From Felis catus (Eukaryota), in assembly GCF_018350175.1 (NCBI RefSeq), contig NC_058368.1, forward strand, positions 161,016,001 to 161,080,000: a stretch of 64,000 nt of DNA, read 5' to 3'. Below, in pieces: positions 1-12,511 of this stretch. A program made the position numbers and the translations under genes. Each line of letters opens with the position of its first letter. Position 1 is the stretch's first letter. The notes below the pieces were generated by a model. The model was not told where the DNA came from and ran no database searches. It was given only the letters and a program-made list of their open reading frames with translations.

Positions 1-69
1 AGAGTTTAATGAACAGAATATTTTTATTTTATTTAAATATTTCATTGTAGTAAGAAGCAGGTATCATAA

Positions 70-131
70 TGGTTTAGTATGTTTGGGCTGCTATAACAAA
101 ATACCATAGACTGGGTGGCTTATAAATAACA
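70..131 (-). mobile_element. MaLR LTR (MLT1A/B-like), left piece, interrupted by an L1 insertion
   Basis: 'ttagtatgtttgggctgctataacaaaataccatagactgggtggcttataaataaca' matches the reverse complement of the MLT1A/B end; it continues at ~1757. Confidence 0.75.
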
Positions 132-815
132 TGTAATTGAGAGTGGCTAGGGAAGTGTAGGACTGTATCTGGGACTAGAGGGAAAAAAACCTTGGATGGG
201 ACAGAGAGGGATTCCATCTCTAACTGCAGGGCTTTCTTTGGACTGTGGCCAGCTGCCCTGTTCGCACACCTGGGGAGGAGGGGAGTCACCTCCAGGTTTG
301 GTGGTAGGTCAGGGGTGCAGTCCACAGCAGAAGAAACCGGTCCCCTCCTCTGAAGGGCTACAGCACAGGATAAAACCAGCCAGGACCACATAGCAGGCAG
401 CATTGACAGACACTTTTCCAGTACCAGGGCACCCAGAGAGGGAGTTTAAATCCCAGCCAAGCACCAGGGCACAGGAGTCATGGGAGCGAGACAGACAGCC
501 TTGTCTGCACCCATGGCACAGTGAGGATGGCTCCAAAGGAGTGATTGGGACATTGGGTTGTGGAGAATAGACTGGGGGGGGGTCGCCATTTTTCTCCCCA
601 CCACCACCAAAGTTGGGCCTCAGGGATGGGCCAGCAGAGCCCACAGTGGAGGCTGGACCAGCCTACACCAAACCAGGACCCCCCCGCCCCCCCTGCACTG
701 ATTAACTGCGTATCTACTAGAGCAGGATAGATGCAGAGGTACCAGATGGCCCCCTCCTCTAGTCCAGCACTGCTTCATTGCCTGGATCAATTATCTGACA
801 ATTCTTCTTATATAG
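132..815 (+). mobile_element. GC-rich segment resembling a carnivoran L1 5'UTR fragment
   Basis: Abruptly GC-rich, YY1-type CGCCATTTT at 584-592, lies inside the MLT1 gap directly upstream of an L1 3' end; family assignment from memory. Confidence 0.55.
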
Positions 816-821
816 ATATAC

Positions 822-1637
822 ATGGGGAGGAGACATGAATAGACACTTTTCCAAAGAAGACAATCAGATGGCCAACAGACACATGAAACATGCTAAACAT
901 CACTCATCATCAGGAAAATACAAATCAAACCACAATGAGGTATCACTTCACAACTGTCAGAATGGTTAAAATTAACAACAGGTTAGCAAGGATGCAGAGA
1001 ACTGGAACCATTCTGCACTGCTGGTGGGAATGAAAACTGGTGCAGCCACTCTGGAAAACAGTGTGGAGGTTCCTCAAAAAACTAAAAACAGAACTACTCC
1101 TATGATGCAGCAATAGCACTGCTAGGAATTTACCCAAGGGATACAGGAGTGCTGATGCATAGGGGCACTTGTACCCCAATGTTTATAGAACTTTCAACAA
1201 TAGTCAAATTATGGAAAGAAACTAAATGTCAATCAACTGACGAATGGATAAAGAAGATGTAGTTTATATATGCAATGGAATACTACTAGGCAATGAGAAA
1301 TACTGAAATCTATCCATTTGCAGCAACGTGGACCGAACTGGAGGGTATTAGGCTAAGTGAAATAAGCCAGTCAGAGAAAGACAGATACCATATGTTTTCA
1401 TTCATATGTGGGTCTTGAGAAACTTAACAGAAGACCATGGGGGAGGGAAAGGGGAAAAAAGAAGTTTGAGAGAGGGAGGGAGGCAAATCATAAGACACTT
1501 TCAAATACTGAGAACAAACTGAGGCTTTATGGGGGGGGGAGAGGGGAAAGTGGGTGATGAGCATTGAGGAGGGCACTTGTTGGGATGAGCACTGGGTGTT
1601 GTATGGAAACCAATTTGACAATAAATTATATTAAAAA
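822..1637 (+). mobile_element. L1 3' end (ORF2 C-terminus plus feliform-type 3'UTR)
   Basis: 'agacatgaatagacacttttccaaagaagac...ctggtgggaatgaaaactggtgcagccactctggaaaacag...caatttgacaataaattatattaaaaa' is a typical carnivoran L1 end. Confidence 0.93.
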
Positions 1638-1674
1638 TATCTGCACAATTTAGGTGTGAATATAAAAGATGACA

Positions 1675-1681
1675 TAAAAAA

Positions 1682-1728
<47 letters not shown>

Positions 1729-1729
1729 A
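1675..1729 (+). repeat. (TAAA)n A-rich tail microsatellite
   Basis: Direct tandem TAAA run. Confidence 0.95.
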
Positions 1730-1756
1730 CAAATCCAGAAAAACAAAAACAAAAAC

Positions 1757-2030
1757 CGGGTATTTATTTTTCACAGTTCTGGAGGTTGTCAAGTCCAAGA
1801 TCATGATGCCATTTGATTCAGTGTTTGGTAAGCACCCACTTCCTACAAGGTTGTCTTTTCCCTGTGACTTCACATGGTGGAAGAGTGTAGAGGGGCCTCT
1901 TTTAAGGGCATTAATTCCACCATCAAGACCTAATTATCTCCCAAAAGACTCATCTCCTAAAGCCATCACCCTGCAGGTTAGGATTTCAACATATGAATTG
2001 TAAGAAAGAAACACATTCATTCCATCTAGG
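1757..2030 (-). mobile_element. MaLR LTR (MLT1A/B-like), right piece
   Basis: 'tttatttttcacagttctggaggttgtcaagtccaagatc...ggttaggatttcaacatatgaatt' continues the consensus from position 131. Confidence 0.8.
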
Positions 2031-2869
2031 TACCCACTTCAAAGTCTCTGTATTTCTCATTCCAGTAATAGTCTACCACTAGTTAAACCTTAGAAATGTC
2101 CCACAAGTTAAACCTGAGAAAAATTTTGTCCCAATGGGTTAATAATTATTAGTATAATTTGAATTATGATGATTTGGGGATCATCATTAATTTCAAACAT
2201 AATCATGCCATATAACTAATCCTAGATCAAGTTATTTAAGGGACTCTTATATAAAACACTTTATTAATCAGGGATGAATAGAAAGAATAAACTGTTCTAT
2301 GAAGTTTAATAAAAAAATCATAATAAACATGCAAAAAATAGGTGCCACCAAAATTAATGAACATGTTAAAAATGATTCTTAACTGAAATTATTGATCTGG
2401 TTCCAAAATAATGAAGAATTGACCCAGTACAGAAACAACTCCTAGTGAGACCAGAATTAAAATTATGTCAAATTCAATAACCCAGTGGTATCAGCACTGT
2501 TACTGTTGCTGCCACTACTGCCATCCCTGCAAACACATTTACAGCTAGAACACAGACACCCAGAGATTTGTTTTAGGGATTAGGAAATCAAGTCATGATG
2601 TTGACCATGGGTTCCGTTACCACCATAAATGGCAAATCTCATATGAGTGCCTCCAATGCCCCAGAAGCACTGGAATCTTTGAAGTTTTTCAACCTCTCAC
2701 ACAAATCTGTATGAAATATATTTAAACATCCATATTCAGTACCCAGTATCAATATGTATATCTTTTATATACATCTTTATGCACCTATATTAGTAACACT
2801 GTGAGATGCACTGTAAAATTTAAAGACTGTTAATAAAAAAAAAAAAATCAAACGTCCAATAATCACAAA

Positions 2870-3320
2870 TGATATTACTTGTAGATGTAGAAATTACTGT
2901 GTAGGTGGAAAATCCAAGGATACATAAAATTATTTGAATCAGTAGTTACTGTCACTGAAGGATGAGAAACAAAACCTTAATATGCAATATAATTTGTACA
3001 TCCATATAGTACTGAAATCCAAAAGTTAAAAATATATAATAAAAAGGAACAAATCTAATAAAATATATGTAAGACCTCTATAATTAAATGTTTTAGGTAA
3101 TGGTTAATAGAAATTTGGACAGTATCAGATGTCAAGACATTTTACAAAGCTTTGGTAATAAAGACAGTATGGTATTAGTGAGATGATATACAAATAGACT
3201 CTTGGTACCAAACACAGAATTGATGAACTAACCATGACCATGCCATATATGCTCACCTGATGGATGACAAATATGCAACTAAATTGAGTGGAGGAAATAG
3301 TTGGATTATTATTCATAAAT
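2870..3320 (+). mobile_element. Ancient L1M ORF2 fragment
   Basis: Degenerate ORF2-like sequence, e.g. 'acaaagctttggtaataaagacagtatggtattag'. Confidence 0.55.
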
Positions 3321-6067
3321 CTTTTAAATTTATAAATTCATCCCTCTACTCACTCTCTGGGATGTCAAAGAACTTTTGATATTTGTATCTGGTAATAGTT
3401 CTTCTATGGTTAGTCTCACATATATACCCTGAAATCTTGGAAACATTTTATTTATGACTCAATTGTGAATCAAGGGCATTTTTTCTATAATAAACATTTT
3501 TAGTGCACACTTCATTTAGTTCAAGCAGTTCATTTTTCAAATTTTATTCCATAATACTCCCAAGTCTCAAATCAAGTTTAGCAATTGCCATGTGAGCAAT
3601 TTCCAGAATCAATTATTACCTCTCAAAGCAATAGTTTTGTTGTTTTGCTATTTGTGTTTTATGTAAAAGTGGATATTCTTTTGCAAATTCTTTTGACATA
3701 TGTGAAATATGACAGGACTGATACTAAAATTACCATGATTATTTTTTACTTATGTGCAAAGAGTTAAGAATTTTCAGGTGGCGGTTCCGCTATATACTTA
3801 TGTTAGGAGTCTGGGATTAGTACCAATTTTTTTTTTGGTTAAATCTTAACCTTCCTATACAATTTCAACTCAGAAAGGTACACTAAGAAATTTCTTATTG
3901 AAAAAAAATTGATGAGATGAGGAAAAGTAGATGTTCACTAAATTTGGATGGATTCCAGAGTAGGAAAACTTTAAAAATGCTTTCACACTCCTGTTTGTTC
4001 ATGTTATCTACGGACATTTGTATAAAAAGCAAATGTAGAGAGAAGAATTAAAGGTAAAGGACCACCTGGGACCAGATAGCTTACCAAAGCAGTGAGAGCA
4101 CCATTAGCAATCTCACAACATTTGGAAAACAGCACTGTAAATGGGGGACTCTAATAAAATTTAAGGTCAGAACACACCAGAAACGATCATGTCTTGCTAA
4201 ATATTTTTGCTAATTTACATCTGTTATGTTACACTCTTGCTCCATATTTTATGCCTAGAAAATGGGGATTGGAGAAGTGCAGGATAAATGAAGTAAGAGG
4301 AGAAAACCAAGGGAAAACTATGTTGCCTCCTGGGTAAGATGGAGTTACTTGTGACTGACCCATCCATTGAAAACAAGTTAGGAAAACTTGATAATATACA
4401 AATAACCTATGCCTTATGAAAGTTAGGGCTTGGAACCCTAGGGTGTAGCCTGTGATTTAAGATCCCAGAGAAAAGGAAGCTTAAGAGAAGGGAACCATTG
4501 TCCTCATCCAGGAATTAGTCTATTATAGGTGCAGTAGCCAGAGACTCAGAATCCAATGAAGGAATCATGACTAAGAAGCAGAGAAGTCATGGATATTTTG
4601 ACCAGATTTAGTCACAAAATGAAGTTTAGGGCTGCCAAATCCCTGAATAGAGGGTTCAAGATTCCAGGAGTAGGAGGAGCAAACACAGAGAAATGAGACA
4701 GACTCTGGTCTCCCACTGAAGGATGAACTCAGTTCTTAAAACTGTGTATGCCAAGTGCATCACCAAATAATCAGAGTCACTGGAAAGACAAAAAAAAAAA
4801 GTTGGGGGGGGGGGCTGTCAACCCTGCCATGACAAGTAGACAAAAATGGGAGTCTAGTGCCCACCATTAAAAAGAATGGACCCAAGCATAGCTCAAATGA
4901 TTTAGCTGAAATCCACAAGCTCAACTAGAGAATTTGAGGGTATCAGACATTCTACAGGTCTTATAGTCAGCTGGATAAAAAGACTTACTGTACTGAGTGC
5001 CTAGCTGATGTCCTTATGTAAGCATCATTTGTTTGATGTCAAGACATTTGCATTAAATACTCAGCTTTTTATATTTAAAAAAATGAGTGTGAGAGTATTA
5101 ATATAATAATATCATAATAAAAATAATATAATACAGTACTTGGTAGATATATAATTCATTTGTGTTGCAAAATACCCCTATTTCAAATGATCAATTATTA
5201 ACTAAAAATTTAGTTTTAGTTCTTCATCACAGGTAGAATTGAAAAGTATGTCCTAATAAAGTATTTTCTTTCAGTCAAATGAGGTACATTTTGAAATCTG
5301 GTGAATCATTAGTGGTAGAATCAGACTAAAGATTATATTTGGCAAACCCTACATTGTATTGAAATTCAATTTGATTTTACCTAGAATACTGTACATTTTC
5401 AGTATAGGTAGTTAAAAATGTCATGTTGCTACTAATGTTTTTAACTTTTTCATTTAGTCTTGTTATGACTATATTCCTTACATAGCACTACTGTTAGTAT
5501 AACTATTATTTCTATTATCTCAAGATAACAAACCTTTAAAACCCAAGGCTAAGAAGGCTCACCAACTTACTTAAGTAACTCAAACAAAAGGTAAAAAACA
5601 AGAATCCTAATCTCAGAGTTACTTACTCCAAGACAAGTGGTTTAAAAATTCTAACATTTTAATACTAAATACTCAAGTGCTGACTAGTATCTAAAAATAA
5701 GAGAACCACCACCTTCGAAAGAAAAAGTTAAGAATAATTAAAAATAAAAATATACAAATTAAAGATAAATTTAGTAAGAGGTTACTCTAAATATAGGTGA
5801 TAACATGCCTAGTTTTCTGGTATGAGCAATTGGGCTTATAGTGCCATTGACTTATTTAAGGATAATTAATATTCATCAGATTTAGAAGAAGGGAAAATAA
5901 TAAATTCTGACACAAGATGGAATCTGAATTGAATTTGAAATATTTAATCTCATGTAGGATCCTTGTTGGATTTAGACCTTATAAATAAAGGTCAGAACCA
6001 AAGATACAGATTTAATGATTAAGTGAAAGTTAAACTCATTTTGTGGATCCAGATACTCTACTTCTTA

Positions 6068-6070
<3 letters not shown>

Positions 6071-6109
<39 letters not shown>
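6071..6109. repeat. (TG)n microsatellite
   Basis: Direct dinucleotide run. Confidence 0.97.
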
Positions 6110-6113
<4 letters not shown>

Positions 6114-6903
6114 CTGTTTTGCAAGATTAGCTTAAGAATAAAACTGATATCCTCAAACAAGTAGAGAACAATTTTGAAACTATAAATCAAATAAAGAGTT
6201 ATTAACTTTGCTCAAGGTGTTAAGGGTCCTGTGATGAGGGAAGTGCTGGAAAAAATACTGAAGTTCTCCCAGTACACCACAGCTTATATATTTAACATGT
6301 TAAATTAGATTCTGTGCATTTCAGTTGAAAATTTTTCCTTACAGGCTAAGACAAGCCAAAGATAGTCTAAGAAAAAAAAATGAGTTCACATTCTGTTAAC
6401 ATCACTCCTTTCTTAGGCCTTTTTGGTCAGTTTATTTTTGCTTCTTCCAAATAAAAGACTTAGACCTATATTCTTTGTAATTGGCTTTAAGATCAGGTCT
6501 GACCTAGTTCCTGCAAACAAGAATCATACTTTTTGTTGAATTCAGAATTGTTAATAAGTGTTGCATATGCCTTTATTTCTGGTGTGGCCTTCTTGTCTAG
6601 AGATGGAAAAGTTTGTCTTATTTTCTGAGGTTGGTTTTATTTAGTTATCTCTTACAATGTATAGAATATTTGTTGGTAGAAATGCAGCTTACATTTGTGA
6701 ATTTTACTCACTGAATGCCTTACTGTTTTGATTTTGATGACACATCTTGTCTTCCAGAAGGTAAATATACCTGTGTGATACCTGACATACTTTACCCTTT
6801 AAATTGTGGACCTGGTGACACTGATTCCATCCTGTTCAATTTATTTCTGAACCTGAGCACATACCTGAACATTGATCTTCCCTGCATCAGTGCTTTCATT
6901 TTC

Positions 6904-7125
6904 TTTTCTTTCAAAAAAAATGTTTATTTATTTATTTTTGAGAGAGATAGAGAGGGAACTAACACACAATGGGGAAGGAGCAGAGAGAAAGAGAGAGACA
7001 GAGTCTGAAGCAGGCTCCAGGCTCTGAGCTATCAGCACAGAGCCCGACATGGGGCTCAAACTCAGTAACTGTGAGATCATGACCTGAGCTGAAATCAGAC
7101 GCTTAACTGACAGTACAGGCGCCCC
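6904..7125 (-). mobile_element. CAN-SINE (feliform SINEC)
   Basis: tRNA-derived head ending 'caggcgcccc', CT-rich region and tail; TSD agtgctttcattttc (6889-6903) / agtactctcattttc (7126-7140). Confidence 0.95.
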
Positions 7126-7249
7126 AGTACTCTCATTTTCAACTCTACACTGGCTCTCTTGAGCCCAACTGAATCATTTTTTATGATCTAGCAACCCAGA
7201 GATTATAGATGTTACAGTAACTTTAATTATCCTTAAATAAGTCAATGGC

Positions 7250-7560
7250 ACTACAAGCCCAATTGCTCATACCAGAAAACTAGGCATGTTGTCACCTATA
7301 TTTAGACTAACCTCTTACTAAATTTATCTTTAATTTGTATATTTTAATTTTTAAATATTCTTAAATCTGTCTCCTTTCTTCCTTGCTAGCTATCATCCCA
7401 TAAGACCAGCTATGATCAATTCCCATCTGGACTATTACAATAGCTTCCACAATAGTCCCATACCACCACCCATCATCCATTTAGCCCCTTCATCCACATG
7501 TTTATATACAATATAAATATACAACTTCATCCTTATATCTGATACAAACATATAAAATGA
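7250..7560 (+). mobile_element. L2 fragment (continues at ~12512-12630 and ~12920-13035)
   Basis: 'cccatctggactattacaatagcttcc' resembles L2 'tcacctggactattgcaatagcctcc'; an L2 3'-end-like sequence lies near 12930. Confidence 0.5.
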
Positions 7561-7582
7561 TACTTTTAAGAATGTTAATCTC

Positions 7583-8378
7583 CATATGGCCAACCAATAC
7601 ATGAAAAAATGCTCAACATCACTCATCATCAGGGAAGCACAAATCAAAACCACTATAAGAAACCACCTCACATCTGTCAGAATGGCTAACATTAACAACT
7701 CAGGCAACAACAGATGTTGGCAAGGATGTGGAGAAAGAAGATCTCTTTTGCACTGCTGGTGGGAATGCAAGCTGGTGCAGCCACTCTGGAAAACAGTACC
7801 AAGGTTCTACAAAAAGTTAAAAATAGAACTACCCTATGACCTAGCAGTTGCACTACTAGGTATTTATCCAAAGGATCTAGGTATGCTGTTTTGAAGGGGC
7901 ACATGCACCCCAATGTTTATAGCAGCACTATCACCAATAGCCAAAGTATGGTAAGAGCCCAAATGTCCACCGATGGATGAATGGATATACAAGAAATGGT
8001 ATATATACAGAATGGAGTATTACTCAGCAATCAAAAGAATGAAATTTTGCCATTTGCAACTATGTGGATGGAACTAGAGAGTACTATGCTAAGTGAAATT
8101 AGTCACAGAAAGACAAGTATCATATGATTTCACTCATATGAGGACTTTAAGACACAGAACAGATGAACATAAGGGAAGGGAAGCAAAAACAATATAAAAA
8201 CAGGGATGGGGACAAAACATAAGAGACTCTTAAATATGGAGAGCAAACAGAGGGTTACTGGAGGGGTTGTGGCAGGGGGGGGTAAAGGGCATTAAGGAAT
8301 CTACTCCTGAAATCATTGTTGCACTATACACTAACTTGGATATAAATTTAAAAAATAAATTAAATAAAAATAAAAATA
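7583..8378 (+). mobile_element. 5'-truncated L1 3' end with A-rich tail
   Basis: ORF2 C-terminal frame 7586-7894 (HLTSVRMA...CWQGCGER...[14 protein letters not shown]), 3'UTR and tail; degenerate TSD aatgttaatctc / aatattaaactc. Confidence 0.93.
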
Positions 8379-8435
8379 AATATTAAACTCATTAGTTAAC
8401 ATCTTGGCTAGAAGATGTCAACATCTTCCCATTAC

Positions 8436-11400
8436 CCATATCTTCATGAGGTCCCAATAGTTCATTTTTGCTTTTAATTCCCTTGCCTTTGGAGATGAAT
8501 CAAGTAAGAAATTGCTGCAGCTGAGGTAAGAGAGATTTTTTTCCTGCTTTCTCCACTACAGTTTTGATGGTTTCCTGTCTCACATTCAGATTCTTCATGC
8601 ATTTTGAGTTTATTTTCGTGAATGGTGTAAGAAAGTGGTCTAGTTGCATTCTTCTGCATGTTGCTGTCCAGTTCTCCCAGCACCATTTGTTAAAGAGACT
8701 GTCTTTTTTCCATTGGCTATTCTTTCCTGCTTTGTCAAAGATTAGTTGGCCATACTTCTGTGGGTACAATTCTAGAGTCTCTATTCTATTCCATTGGCCT
8801 ATGTGTCTGTTTTTGTGCCAATATCATGTGGTCTTGATGATTACAGTTTTGTAGTAGAGGCTAAAGGCTGGGATTGTGATGCCTCCCACTTTGGTCTTGT
8901 TCTTCAATATTACTTTGGCTATTCGGGGTCTTTTGTGGTTCCATACAAATTTTAGGACTGCTTATTCTAGCTTCGAGAAGAATGCTGGTGCAATTTTGAT
9001 TGGGATTGCATTGAATGTGTAGATTGCTTTGGGTAGTATTGACATTTTAACAATATTTATTCTTCCAATCCATGAGCACGGAATATTTTTCCATTTCTTT
9101 GTATCTTCTTCAATTTCCTTCCTAAGCTTTCTATAGTTTTCAGCATACATCTCTTTACATCTTTGGTTAGGTTTATTCCTAGGTATTTTATGTTTCTTGG
9201 TGCAATTGTGAATGGGATCAGTTTCTTTATTTGTCTTTCTGTTGCTTCATTATTAGTGTATAAGAATGCAACTGATTTCTGTACGTTGATTTTGTATCCT
9301 GCGACTTTGCTGAATTTATGTATCAGTTCTGGCAGTTTTTTGGTGGAGTTTGTCGGGTTTTCCATGTATAATGTCATGTCATCTGCAAAAAGTGAAAGCT
9401 TAACTTCATCTTTGTCAATTTTGATGCCTTTGATTTCCTTTTGTAGTTTGATTGCTGATGCTAGCACTTCCAACACTATGTTAAACAAAAGCAGTGAGAG
9501 TAGAAATCCCGGTCTTGTTCCTGATCTCAGGGGAAAAGCTCTCAATTTTTCCCCATTGAGGATGATATTAGCTGTGGGCTTTTCATAAATGGCTTTTATG
9601 ATGTTTGAGTATGTTCCTTCTATCCCAACTTTCTCGAGGGTTTTTATTAAGAAAGGATGCTGGGGCGCCTGGGTGGCTCAGTCGGTTAAGCGTCCGACTT
9701 CGGCTCAGGTCATGATCTCGCGGTTTGTGAGTTCGAGTCCCGCATCGGGCTCTGTGCTGACAGCTCAGAGCCTGGAGCCTGTTTCGGATTCTGTGTCTCC
9801 CTCTCTCTCTCTGACCCTCCCCCGTTCATGCTCTGTCTTTCTCTGTCTCAAAAATAAATAAACGTTAAAAAAAATTAAAAAAAAAAAAGAAAGGATGCTG
9901 AATTTTGTCAAATGCTTTTTTCTGCATCGATTGACAGGATCATATGGTTCTTATCTTTTCTTTTATTAATGTGATGTATCACATTGATTGATTTGCTAAT
10001 GTTTAACCAGCCCTGCATCCCAGGAATGAATCCCACTTGATCATGATGAATACTTCTTTTTATATGCTGCTGAATTCGATTTGCGAGTATCTTGAGAATT
10101 TTTGCATCCATATTCATCAGGGATATTGGCCTGTAGTTCTCTTTTTTTACTGGGTCTCTGTCTGGTTTAGTAATCAAAGTAATACTGGCTTCATAGAATG
10201 ACTCTGGAAGTTTTCCTTCCCTTTCTATTTCTTGGAATAGCTTGAGAAGGATAGGTATTATCTCTGCTTTAAATGTCTGGTAGAATTCCCCTGGGAAGCA
10301 TTCTGGTCCTGGACTCTTATTTGTTGGGAGATTTTTGATGACTGATTCAATTTCCTCGCTGGTTATGGGTCTGTTCAAGCTTTCTATTTCCTCCTGATTG
10401 AGTTTTGGAAGCATGTGGGTGTTTAGGAATTTGTCCATTTCTTCCAGGTGGTCCAGTTTGTTGGCATATAATTTTTCATAGTATTCCCTGATAATTGCTT
10501 GTATCTCTGAGGGATTGGTTGTAATAATTCCATTTTCATTCATGATTTTATCTGTTTGGGTCATCTCCCTTTTCTTTTTGAGAAGCCTGGCTAGAGGTTT
10601 ATCAATTTTGCTTATTTTTTTCAAAAAACCAACTCTTGGTTTCATTGATCTGCTCTACAGTTTTTTTTTTACATTCTATATTGTTTATTTCTGCTCTGAT
10701 CTTTATTATTTCTCTTCTTCTGCTGGATTTGGGGTGTCTTTTCTGTTCTGCTCCTAGTTCCTTTAGGTGTGCTGTTAGATTTTGTATTTGGGATTTTTCT
10801 TGTTTTTTGAGATAGGCCTGGATTGCAATGTATTTTCCTCTCAGGACTTCCTTCGCTGCATCCCAAAGCATTTGGATTGTTGTATTTTCATTTTCATTTG
10901 TTTCCATATATTTTTAAACTTCTTCTCTACTTGCCTGGTTGACCCATTCATTCTTTAGTAGGGTGTTCTTTAACCTCCATGCTTTTGTAGGTTTTCTAGA
11001 CTTTTTCCTGTGGTTGATTTCAAATTTCATAGCATTGTGGTCTGAAAGTGTGCATGGTATGATCTCATTTCTTTTCTACTTACAAAGGGCTGTTTTGTGA
11101 CCCAGTATGTGACCTATTTTGGAGAATGTTCCATGTGCACTCGAGAAGAAAGTGTATTCTATTGCTTTGGGATGCAGAGTTCTAAATATATCTGTCAAGT
11201 CCGTCTGATCCAATGTATCATTCAGGGCCCTTGTTTCTTTATTGATTCTGTCTAGATGATCTATCCATTGTTGTAAGTGGGGTATTAAAGTACCTGCAAT
11301 TACCACATTCTTATCCATAAGGTTGCTTATGTTAGTGATTGTTTTATATATTTGGGGGCCACCGTATTTGGTGCATAGACATTTATAATTGACCCTGTAA

Positions 11401-11699
11401 TTATTATATAATGTCTTTCTTCATCTCTTGTTACAACCTTTAATTTAAAGTCTAGTTTGTCTGATATAAGTATGGCTACTCCCACTTTCTTTTGACTTCC
11501 AGCATCATGATAGATAGTTCTCCATCCCCTCATGTTCAATCTGCAGGTGTCCCCAGGTCAAAAATGAGTCTCTTGTAGACAGTGAATAAATGGGTCTTGT
11601 ATTTTTTTTATGCATTCTGATACCCTATGTCTTTCGGTTGGAACATTTATTCCATTCACATTCAGCGTTATTACTGAAACATATGGGTTTTAAGGTCAT
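8436..11699 (-). pseudogene. ORF2: L1 ORF2 (endonuclease plus reverse transcriptase), frameshifted, interrupted by a SINE, C-terminus missing
   Basis: EN motifs (GVAILISDK, INVYAPN, YTFFSSAHGTFSKI); RT motifs ([51 protein letters not shown]); ATG at ~11699. Confidence 0.95.
9662..9886 (+). mobile_element. Young CAN-SINE inserted in L1 ORF2
   Basis: CpG-rich 'ggggcgcctgggtggctcagtcggttaagcgtccgac'; perfect TSD aagaaaggatgct (9649-9661 / 9887-9899). Confidence 0.98.
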
Positions 11700-11767
11700 T
11701 GTGATGTCTGTAGGTTTCATGCTTGTAGTGATGTCTCTGGTACTTTTTGGTCCTTGAAACATTTCAT

Positions 11768-12511
11768 TCACAGAATCCCCCTTAGGATCTCTTGTAGGCT
11801 GTGTTAGTGGTGATGAATTCCTTCAGTTTTTGTTTGTTTGGGAAAACCTTAATCTCTCTTTCTGTTCTGAGTGACAGACTTGCTGGATAAAGGATTCTCA
11901 GCTGCATATTTTGTCTGTTCATCACATTGAAGATTTCCTGCCATTCATTTCTGGCCTGCCGAATTTCAGTAGACAGGTCTGCTACTACCTGTATGTGTCT
12001 ACATTTGTAAGTCAAAGCCTGTTTATCCCTAGCTGCTTTCAGAATTTTCTCTTTATCCTTGTATTTTGCCAGTTTCACTCTGATGTATCATACAGAAGAT
12101 CGATTCAAGTTACATCTGAAGGGAGTTCTCTGTGCCTCTTCGATTTCAATGCCTTTTTCCTTCCCCAGGTCAGGGAAGTTCTCAACTATGATTTGTTCAA
12201 GTACACATTCAGCCCCTTCTCTCTCTCTTCTTCTTCTTCTTCAGGAATTCCTATATTATGGATATTGTTCCATTTGACTGCATCACTTAGTTCTCTCTCC
12301 CCTCATACTCCTGTTTTTTTTTTTTTATCTTTTTCTTAGCTTCCTCTTTTTCCATAATTTTATCTTCTAATTTACCTATTCTCTCCTCTGCCTCTTCAGT
12401 CTGTGCTATGGCCACCTCCATTTTTTTTGCACCTCATTTATAGCATTTTTTAGCTCCTCATGACTATTTCTTAGTCCCTTGATCTCTGTAGCAATAGATT
12501 CTCTGCTGTCC
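11768..12511 (-). pseudogene. ORF1: L1 ORF1 remnant, 5'-truncated
   Basis: Frame MKLAKYKDKEKILKAARDK...ADLSTE...EWQEIFNVM...RILYPA; ends LQEILRGIL* with the stop at 11768-11770. Confidence 0.9.

Larger units (their letters stand above)
8436..12511 (-). mobile_element. L1 internal fragment (partial ORF1 plus most of ORF2), lacking the 5'UTR and the 3' end
   Basis: Many minus-strand frames translate as L1 ORF2 and ORF1; flanked by tcccattac at 8427-8435 and 12512-12520. Confidence 0.96.

Noticed and set aside
74..730. Overlapping ORFs of 61-111 aa in the GC-rich segment
   Set aside because: No recognisable protein; open frames are expected in a GC-rich L1 5'UTR-like sequence
4290..4920. Possible old L1M 5' region
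   Set aside because: Only compositional resemblance; boundaries cannot be supported
8474..12339. Long ORFs up to 245 aa as host genes
   Set aside because: Minus-strand frames are broken L1 ORF1/ORF2; plus-strand frames are their antisense shadows
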